This document shows, in pieces, positions 1-6,837 of a stretch of DNA of 47,484 nucleotides. The notes under the pieces are model-generated. The model was not told where the DNA came from, did no database searches, and saw only the letters and a program-made list of their open reading frames with translations. This DNA is from a virus. The DNA lies in the IMG/VR virus record IMGVR_UViG_3300033998_000398, positions 1-47,484 of that record; one strand, given 5' to 3'. The first letter of the stretch is position 1. Each line of letters starts with the position of its first letter. A program made the translations under genes and the position numbers.

Positions 1-100
1 GTGTTGGTGCCTGGTGTTGGTGCCTGGTGTTGGTGCCTGGTGTTGGTGCCTGGTGTTGGTGCCTGGTGTTGGTGCCTGGTGTTGGTGCCTGGTGTTGGTT
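1..100. repeat. Tandem array of 13-mer GGTGTTGGTGCCT (7 full units plus a partial), left end
   Basis: Read directly; the same unit in the same orientation is at the right end. Confidence 0.97.
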
Positions 101-174
101 CCAGGGTGGGGTCCCTATATCGGTTACAGCGGTAGCGGTTCATGTCAGATTCATTCCGTGTCCCCAGGTTGGAA

Positions 175-243
175 ACCGTAAAGTATATATATGCGTCTCT
201 ATAAATCAAATATTGTCAGAAAGAATCTGAATTCTTCTGACAG
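175..243 (+). promoter_or_regulatory. Early-type promoter (ACCGTAAAG + TATATATA) followed by a TGTCAGAA..TTCTGACA inverted repeat
   Basis: Motif shared with other loci; RBS GAGGTG precedes the ATG at 260. Confidence 0.7.
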
Positions 244-259
244 TAAAGAGGTGATATAA

Positions 260-541
260 ATGACAGGTGAAATTGTGTGGATAAAAAATTGTAAGGAATG
301 CGGTAAAAGGTTTAAAGGGGCAAGAAACAGTGTTTATTGTCCCGATTGCGCCCTTAAAAGGGCTAAACAAAGTAAAAAAGAGTACCTACAGCGAAAAGCC
401 CCTGTAGGTACAGGCTCACTTGGAGCCAAACCCAGGAACAACTATCACGATGAGTACATCGTGATACAGAGAGAACTGAAAAGGGTGGGGTTAATCTCCA
501 CCCAAGAGCTTGCCAGGCGTTTAGCAAATAATCCGTTCTAA
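260..541 (+). CDS. Zn-finger protein (CxxC...CxxC), paralog of 30108..30503
   Basis: CKECGKRF...YCPDC; RBS GAGGTG; C-terminal EY..I.R..K..GL shared with the paralog. Confidence 0.8.
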   Translation: MTGEIVWIKNCKECGKRFKGARNSVYCPDCALKRAKQSKKEYLQRKAPVGTGSLGAKPRNNYHDEYIVIQRELKRVGLISTQELARRLANNPF

Positions 542-1496
542 TCTCTATTCATTTTTTTTTATTCCAGTTCCCATATTCATTTTTTACCAATATCGATAAC
601 TGCAGTGGGTGTTGAACTCACCCTGGGAACTCACCCTGGGAAAGTACGGGCGGGGTTGGGGTTCGGGGCAGGGAGGCTCGGCTCCGCCTCGCCTCGGAAA
701 ATGCACCAAAATTCCCTTATATTTAAGGGGGGGGTTGACCCTCCTCGTGGGGAAAAAATTCGTACGGGTGTGGTGATGTGTTTTTTGTGTTTGGTGTTTG
801 TTTTTTTTATTGTTGTTTTTTATTTAGTATTGTTTGGTTGTTGTGTGGGGTTTGATTGTATGAGTTGATGTTGATGGGTTTTGTGGGTTGTGGTGTTTGG
901 GTTGATTGTGTGGATTATTTTGTGGATGTTTATTCTCAGTTTGATGGGTTTTGTGGTAGGTTTGGTGGTTGAGTTTCTTTGTGATTTTGGTAGGTTTGAG
1001 TTTGTGGTTTTGGGTTTTGTTGGTGGTTGGGTTCCTGGTGATGTGTTTTGGGGTTGGTTTGGTGATTGGGATGTGAGGGTTCAGGATTTTGTGTTGTGTT
1101 TGTTGTGTGTGGTGTTTGGGTGTTGGGATGATGTGCGGTTGAAGTCTGGTTTGTGTAGTCGTTTTCTGGGTGATTTGCGGGTTGGTGTGGTTCGTGGTTT
1201 GTTTGGTGATAGTTTGTTGAGTGAGTTTTATAGGGTGGATTAATCCTTTTTTTCTTTTTTTTATTTATTTCTTGGTTGTTGTATGTTTTGTTTTAGTGTT
1301 TTCTGAGTTTTTTGGTGGTTTTGTTTTGTTGTTTTGGTTTGTTGTTATTGTTTTGTTTTGTTTTATGTGGTTTGTGTGATTTGTGGGTGTTTTGGGGTAT
1401 ATGTATTGGTGTTTTCTTGATGGTTTCTTCATGGTTTTTTATTGTTTTCTTGGGATTTTTCTTGGGATTTTTTATCCTGTAATGGGGGTGGTGAGG

Positions 1497-1550
1497 GGGT
1501 GGTGGTAGGGTGGTGGTAGGGTGGTGGTAGGGTGGTGGTAGGGTGGTGGT
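1497..1550. repeat. Tandem array of 11-mer GGGTGGTGGTA (~5 copies)
   Basis: Read directly; abuts the promoter at 1554. Confidence 0.95.
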
Positions 1551-1553
1551 CGT

Positions 1554-1601
1554 ACTGTAAAGTTTATATGATTTATCTGAACTTTTTCACCTTAAGGTGA
1601 A
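1554..1601 (+). promoter_or_regulatory. Promoter (ACTGTAAAG + TTTATAT) with TGAACTTTTTCA box and perfect 16-bp palindrome TTCACCTTAAGGTGAA
   Basis: Motif conserved at several loci; palindrome at 1586-1601. Confidence 0.8.
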
Positions 1602-1650
1602 GGGGCATAACTTGGAGTCCCTCTAATAAGTGGAATGGAGTTGATACAAA

Positions 1651-1962
1651 GTGATTTATGTTGTAACCAGGCATGATGCCACTATAGAATGGATTAAGAG
1701 TATTGTTAAAGGGCGTGTTAGGGTTGTCCCACACCTTGATAATGATTGCATATTACAGATGAAACAGGGTGATATAGTATATGGGATTCTACCTATACAC
1801 CTGATTAAGAGGCTGCTGAGAAAAGGAATCACATATTATCATGTGGTTTTACCAAACATACCATTTGAGTGTAGGGGTAAAGAATTAACCCTTAGCCAGA
1901 TTAAAAAGTTCGGTGGACAGATATGGAAGATTAATAATATAGATTGTGAGATGGTGAGATGA
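1651..1962 (+). CDS. csx16: Csx16 (VVA1548)-family putative cyclic oligoadenylate ring nuclease
   Basis: Motifs TRHxxxIEW, PHLD, GDxVxGxLPxHL, YxH and PxExRGKEL in ~100 aa match the Csx16 family pattern. Confidence 0.85.
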   Translation: MIYVVTRHDATIEWIKSIVKGRVRVVPHLDNDCILQMKQGDIVYGILPIHLIKRLLRKGITYYHVVLPNIPFECRGKELTLSQIKKFGGQIWKINNIDCEMVR

Positions 1963-2103
1963 ATGGTTAGATGTACCAGTATTCATGTGGATGAGTGTGT
2001 ATTTTTTACTTGCCAGATGTATGGTGAGTGTTTTATTTACTTAAGTGATGATGAACTCAGGGATTTAGGTTTTAGTGATGATGATATAAAGAGGTGTAGG
2101 TGA
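1963..2103 (+). CDS. Small Cys/Asp-rich protein, 46 aa (MVRCTSIHVDECVFF...DDDIKRCR)
   Basis: Translated by hand; ATG directly follows the csx16 stop. Confidence 0.55.
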   Translation: MVRCTSIHVDECVFFTCQMYGECFIYLSDDELRDLGFSDDDIKRCR

Positions 2104-2172
2104 ATGTTATTCTGCCTATTTTAGAGTTGGTAGGCATTTTAGTTGTATACATTTTAGTAGGAGGTGAGTATA

Positions 2173-2250
2173 GTGGAGACTGGTGATTTCTTGGCTGGTT
2201 GTTGCTTTGGTATCATCCTGTTGGTTATTCTTTTACTACTTGGTGCTTAA
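2173..2250 (+). CDS. Small single-TM peptide, 25 aa
   Basis: RBS GGAGGTG, GTG start, hydrophobic stretch GIILLVILLLLG, followed by a T-run. Confidence 0.45.
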   Translation: METGDFLAGCCFGIILLVILLLLGA

Positions 2251-2342
2251 ATTTTTTTAAATGTAAATTATATTTTTTCCCTATTTTTCTCATCCTTGAA
2301 TATTCATATCAAGGGTGGGGGTAGGGTGGAGGTAGGTGTGAT

Positions 2343-2837
2343 ATGTTTTATGGTACTGTTGTTGGTGAAACTTATAGGGTTGAATTGGATTTGTATGATG
2401 GTGTGCCGGTGTTTATGGAAAAGGGTGGTCTTAGTGGTAGAGGTGAGCATGGTAATGTTCTTTTAATGACTGATAGTGCTGGTGGTAAAATTAAGGGTGT
2501 TTGGAGGGATACTAAGAGTAAGAGGAGTGTTGCTGAGAGGGTTAGGAGGATTCATGGTTTAGTTCATCCTGAGAGTGGTTATTATATTGTGGAGGTATCA
2601 AGGTCGTATTTTGATTTTGGTGATTGTGATGAGGAGGATGTGACACTGGTTACGATTGGTAGGGTGATGGGTGTGTATGAGTATAGTATGGAGGTTACTG
2701 TTTTGTATAGTTTTGTGTTTAATAGTGTGGATTTTGATGAGGAGGTATTGAAGATTCCTGAGTTCTTGAGGGAACCTGTTAGGGTGGCTTTTGAGAATTG
2801 TTGGAATAAGTATATTGAACCTTTGTATATTGTGTAG
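2343..2837 (+). CDS. Hypothetical early protein
   Basis: RBS GGAGGTAGGTG; protein-like composition. Confidence 0.75.
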   Translation: MFYGTVVGETYRVELDLYDGVPVFMEKGGLSGRGEHGNVLLMTDSAGGKIKGVWRDTKSKRSVAERVRRIHGLVHPESGYYIVEVSRSYFDFGDCDEEDVTLVTIGRVMGVYEYSMEVTVLYSFVFNSVDFDEEVLKIPEFLREPVRVAFENCWNKYIEPLYIV

Positions 2838-2901
2838 TTAATTTTATATACCTGGATGATTAAATAACATATTGTAAGAATTAGTAGGAGGTGGATGGAG
2901 T

Positions 2902-3072
2902 ATGCCAGAACTTGATTTCTATGCTGTAGTTAGAGGAAAATATCAGATAACAGTACCAGCAGCAGTCAGGTGGATTGAAGACATTGAAGTAGGCGATGTT
3001 GTTCATGTTACTATTGAGAAAGTGAATAAAAAAGGTGTGGATTCTGATGTGGCTGTGGCTGAAGGGAAATAA
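2902..3072 (+). CDS. AbrB/MazE/SpoVT-family DNA-binding protein, 56 aa
   Basis: Hand translation MPELDFYAVVRGKYQITVPAAVRWIEDIEVGDVVHVTIEK; QITVP..R....I..GD.V signature; RBS GGAGGTG and upstream TTTATATA. Confidence 0.8.
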   Translation: MPELDFYAVVRGKYQITVPAAVRWIEDIEVGDVVHVTIEKVNKKGVDSDVAVAEGK

Positions 3073-3161
3073 ACCACCACACCTTTAACCCTTTTTTTAT
3101 AAACCATGATTTAGGCTTGTCTAAATTTATAAAACAATTCAAATATTGAGGTGAATAAATC

Positions 3162-3758
3162 ATGGTTCCCACATTTAAAGTAAAAGATTATATAGGAATT
3201 AATGGAGTTGGACTAAACCAACTAATACACCCACATTTTGAAAAATGGTTCGATTATATAATTAATGAATATGAAAAACCAGAAAAGAATAATGTAATTT
3301 TTTTACCATGTGCTGCCATTAAACCATACAATAATTCCCCATTACATAAAAAAATAAATGAAGTTCTCTCAAAATATGAAAATAATCTACACAAAGTTGT
3401 TATTTCTAATGCAGGTATTATACCTTATGAATTTATTGAATATTATCCATTTGAATCCTATGATTGGAATCCTGCATTTGAAGACAATATTAGCAAAGAA
3501 CTATATTATAATACGACATTAGTACGATTAAGATTATTTTTAAAAACTCATAAATATAGAGAATATTTTTCTTACCTTAACCCTGATTCATTATCATTTA
3601 AAGCACTAAAAAATGCATGTAAAACATTTAATTATAATTTACATCATCCTAAAACAATTAAATTAGATTACAAAAGAAAAGACCCTGATTTACTACTTAT
3701 TCATCCTAAAAATTTAGACAATTTAGACAATTTATTAAAACAGGTGATTAAACTATGA
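3162..3758 (+). CDS. DUF5591 / archaeosine synthase (ArcS)-like protein
   Basis: FLPCAAIKPYNNSPLH matches the ArcS/DUF5591 PCxxxKPYxxSxxH motif; VISNAGIIPYE...YP...YDW also fits. Confidence 0.75.
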   Translation: MVPTFKVKDYIGINGVGLNQLIHPHFEKWFDYIINEYEKPEKNNVIFLPCAAIKPYNNSPLHKKINEVLSKYENNLHKVVISNAGIIPYEFIEYYPFESYDWNPAFEDNISKELYYNTTLVRLRLFLKTHKYREYFSYLNPDSLSFKALKNACKTFNYNLHHPKTIKLDYKRKDPDLLLIHPKNLDNLDNLLKQVIKL

Positions 3759-4681
3759 AATATTTTTTCGGTGAAACACCACAAAACCAACTAAACATAG
3801 ACCATGACATGGTAATGGATAGTGCACTATATTATTACACTAAAAAAGACCCTAAAATTAAATATAATTATAACACTCTTTTTATGGATTCAGGTGGGTA
3901 TGCTCTTATTAACAAAGATATTGACTTAGATAAGGACAGAATCCTGGATATTCAATCCTTAAATAATCCTGATTATGTAGCACCACTGGATTATCCTGCC
4001 AACCATTCATATCCTGATAGTGTTAACATTAAAAGATGGAATATTACTTTAAATAATACTGAATATTGGGTAGAAAACACTACCATGAATGTCGTGCCTG
4101 TAGTTCATGCTTGGAATTCCACAGTTCTAATTGATAATATTAAATCTTTAAGTAAATTTGATACGGAATTTATTGGAATCGGTAGAATATCCAGATCAGA
4201 TAGAATCCTCAACAAAGAATTGTTGAATAATTTGATGATAATTCTAAAGTTTTGTAAAGAAAATGGATTTAAAACTCATTTCTTTGGGTTTGGTTCATCG
4301 CCTATTACTTACCATTTAGGTGCATATATGGGTTTTACTACTACTGATTCAGTTGGATTTAAATTAAAAGCCATTAATAATAAAATTTTAATTCCTGATA
4401 TGGGGGAATGTGATGTTAATAGTCCAATAAAAAAATATAGATTGGAACAACTAAAAACTTGTGAGTGTCCTATTTGTGAAGATAAGAATATAGATGAAGT
4501 TATGATTTCTCTTAAGGAAAATTGGATTAATAGGGCTATACATAATAAATGGATTATTGATGATGCTGTCAGGAAATTTCATAGTTTTGATTGTAGAGAT
4601 GATTACAGGCTATATTTAGATGAAATTATGCAGTATTCTAATTATAAGCATATTTGGCAATATGTTTCTTATTTAATGTAA
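3755..4681 (+). CDS. tRNA-guanine transglycosylase-fold protein (TGT/DpdA-like)
   Basis: FMDSGGY, PLDYP, HFFG, TDSV and CECPIC-x21-H Zn site; overlaps the upstream stop (ATGA coupling). Confidence 0.85.
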   Translation: MKYFFGETPQNQLNIDHDMVMDSALYYYTKKDPKIKYNYNTLFMDSGGYALINKDIDLDKDRILDIQSLNNPDYVAPLDYPANHSYPDSVNIKRWNITLNNTEYWVENTTMNVVPVVHAWNSTVLIDNIKSLSKFDTEFIGIGRISRSDRILNKELLNNLMIILKFCKENGFKTHFFGFGSSPITYHLGAYMGFTTTDSVGFKLKAINNKILIPDMGECDVNSPIKKYRLEQLKTCECPICEDKNIDEVMISLKENWINRAIHNKWIIDDAVRKFHSFDCRDDYRLYLDEIMQYSNYKHIWQYVSYLM

Positions 4682-4818
4682 TTTTTTTAATGATTATTTT
4701 TCTGGTATTTATATTTGTACCCTACCCATTTTTACCCTTATTTTTTTATCCTATTTTATGAGTTTCTTTTCCTTTTTTATTGGTTGTATGGGTTTCTTTT
4801 CATGTTTAGGTATGGTCT

Positions 4819-5166
4819 CGCCGAACTACTTTTGGAAAAGGAGGGTTTTCCTTCAAGTTTATCTACAGGTATATGGTTCTGAGAGTTTTCCTGTCTCCTT
4901 TTCCCGATTTGAGGGTGTCCCGCCGAACTACTTTTGAAAAATAAGCCTTCTCCTGTCTTTTTATTTTCATGGTTTTGGATTGGAGTATTCTCCTGTCTCC
5001 TTTTCTTGATTTGAGGGTGTCCCGCCGAACTACTTTTGGAAAAGGAGAGTTCTCCTGCCTCCTTTACAGAGGGGTGTGTTCACTTTTGGTGAAAACCATG
5101 ACAAATAGCATAACTTTGAGTAATACTGTATGTAATTTAAAAGGAGCGTTCTCCTGCCTCCTTTTC
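4819..5166. repeat. Degenerate 102-bp-period repeat locus with two interleaved motifs
   Basis: CGCCGAACTACTTTTG at 4819, 4921 and 5023; TT(C/T)TCCTG(T/C)CT(C/T)(C/T)TTT at ~4887, 4948, 4988, 5050 and 5149. Confidence 0.9.
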
Positions 5167-5428
5167 AAAACACCCAATTTTTAGGTAAACCTAACTTTTT
5201 TCTAAGGGCTTAAAAAAAGAAAAGAAGACCTATGAATAGGAGAAAAATATGTCTCGTCGAGCGATTTTTTCTTCTTTTCAGGAATAAAGACCTCTCAGGA
5301 CTTTTAGGTTCAGTGACCCTCCTACGGGGAAATTCCCAGAAATGCAGCCATAAAACTTTGAAAGAGTTAATCGTAATAACTATCATGATTTCCCGTCGGT
5401 AACCATGATAAATAACGATAAAAAAAGA

Positions 5429-5472
5429 GGGACATGTACCAATAGGAGAGTGTCATCACAGGTACATGTCCC
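5429..5472. repeat. Perfect 12-bp inverted repeat GGGACATGTACC / GGTACATGTCCC
   Basis: Read directly; 20-nt loop. Confidence 0.9.
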
Positions 5473-5673
5473 TATAATATAATGTGTGTGCAATTACATG
5501 TATATTGGGGTGGGTATGTGTTCGTATACATGTCCAATTATACGGGTCGGTACATAAAGAACCATTCCATGAAAAGAAACCTGAAAAGAAACCGTAAATA
5601 GTATTATACATTATAGTATACAGATTAATATCCAAATACATTATACCTGATATGTATGTATACTCTAATGTAC

Positions 5674-5690
5674 TATATATACTTTACAGT
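5674..5690 (-). promoter_or_regulatory. Promoter-like ACTGTAAAGTATATATA facing into the repeat locus
   Basis: Same BRE-TATA string as at 175 and 1554. Confidence 0.6.
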
Positions 5691-5808
5691 CAGGGTGCCA
5701 GTCAATGACCAAGAATGTTAACTAAGTCAGGGTGCAGCACCCTAAACCAACCCATAAAAAACTAAAAAAAAACAATAATGGAGTGGAGATTACCACCTGT
5801 TGGTAATA

Positions 5809-5910
5809 TTATAAAGGCTTACTACCTTGCATGGGTTTGGTGTATGTTTTAGTGGTTTGTCCTGTGAATGCATCTTTTATTCTTATTTCATGGGTTTTTT
5901 TTCTGTACAT
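5809..5910 (-). CDS. Possible 33-aa peptide (MYRKKTHEIRIKDAF...)
   Basis: Hand translation; AGGAGG RBS just after the endolysin stop. Confidence 0.35.
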   Translation of the reverse strand: MYRKKTHEIRIKDAFTGQTTKTYTKPMQGSKPL

Positions 5911-5928
5911 GTTTCTTTTAGCCTCCTT

Positions 5929-6606
5929 TTACCATGGTTTGATTGTGTAGTATCCTATGTTTCTGCCGTGGGTTGCTGTGTCCATCATGTGGTAGTGGCA
6001 GGTGTAGATTCCTTTTGTTGGGTCGTATATGGTGTATTTGTCTCCTTTTATGGATTGGATTAGTGCATAATGTCCGTAGTTGTTTAGGAATCCGCTGCAG
6101 TGTGCGGCTTTTGTTTCATAGTGGGTTATGACTGCTTCGTAATTGTATAGTGCTTTCTGGACTGCTTCTTTGTTTCTGGGTATCCTGTTTATTGTTATTT
6201 TTAGTTTGTAGGCATTTTTCATCATTTTTTCTGGGCTTGTACCGTTTTTTGTTGTGCCTATTAGTTTGGCGATTTCTTTTTCTTCTGTGTATTTGAAGAA
6301 TTTGGTTAGTGCCATGCTTATGCTGGTTGGGCAACAGGTGTAGGGTGTTGTCTGGTATTTTAGGATGGTGGGTTCGTTTCTTTTCAGATTAACTGTGGCA
6401 TAATTTGGGTATCTGCCTTTATGATATCGGAAATTGTAGATTGTGTGGAATAGTCCTGAGTATTCCAGTGGTGTTAGTCTGATTTTGTTTTTTCCTCTGT
6501 TGATGTCTGCATAGTTGGGTAGTCTTTTGTTGGTTTTGATGAATTTGTGGATGTTTTCTTCTATTTTTTGGATTTCTTCTTTTGTGATTCGTATCATATT
6601 TTTCAC
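5929..6606 (-). CDS. Endolysin: pseudomurein-binding repeats plus C39-like cysteine peptidase (pseudomurein endoisopeptidase-like)
   Basis: Two KRLPNYA/GRYPNYA repeats; QTTPYTCCPTS (Cys), GHY (His), IYDP (Asp). Confidence 0.85.
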   Translation of the reverse strand: MKNMIRITKEEIQKIEENIHKFIKTNKRLPNYADINRGKNKIRLTPLEYSGLFHTIYNFRYHKGRYPNYATVNLKRNEPTILKYQTTPYTCCPTSISMALTKFFKYTEEKEIAKLIGTTKNGTSPEKMMKNAYKLKITINRIPRNKEAVQKALYNYEAVITHYETKAAHCSGFLNNYGHYALIQSIKGDKYTIYDPTKGIYTCHYHMMDTATHGRNIGYYTIKPW

Positions 6607-6633
6607 CTTTTAGATGTGTATGTGGTGAGTGTT

Positions 6634-6777
6634 TTAGGGTAGTTTTGTACCGTACCTGCGGTATATTTTGATTTTCTTGAGTGTATTTCGGTACTTTCTG
6701 GCATAGTATTTGTTTTCCTTTCTCATTGCGTCGTATTCTTTGAGTTCATCGTATAATGATTCAAGGTATGTGTCCAT
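6634..6777 (-). CDS. Small basic protein, 47 aa (MDTYLESLYDELKEY...)
   Basis: Hand translation; AGGAGTG RBS; fills the gap between fibre and endolysin. Confidence 0.55.
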   Translation of the reverse strand: MDTYLESLYDELKEYDAMRKENKYYARKYRNTLKKIKIYRRYGTKLP

Positions 6778-6837
6778 AGAGTATACACTCCTAAAAATTA
6801 ATGATAAAATAATAACAGGGTCTAAAAAAATGGATGG

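Noticed and set aside
27-230. 67-aa ORF at the left end
   Set aside because: Translation of the 13-mer array; it also runs over the promoter of the 260 gene
605-868. 87-aa ORF
   Set aside because: No RBS; composite of a GC-rich element and a low-complexity G/T tract
4819-5166. Possible mini-CRISPR array
   Set aside because: Repeats are interleaved and degenerate, spacer lengths are irregular, there is no ATTGAAA(C/T)-type end typical of methanogen repeats, and no cas genes are present; kept only as a repeat/ncRNA candidate
4969-5184. 71-aa ORF over the repeat locus
   Set aside because: No RBS; its sequence is explained by the DNA repeats
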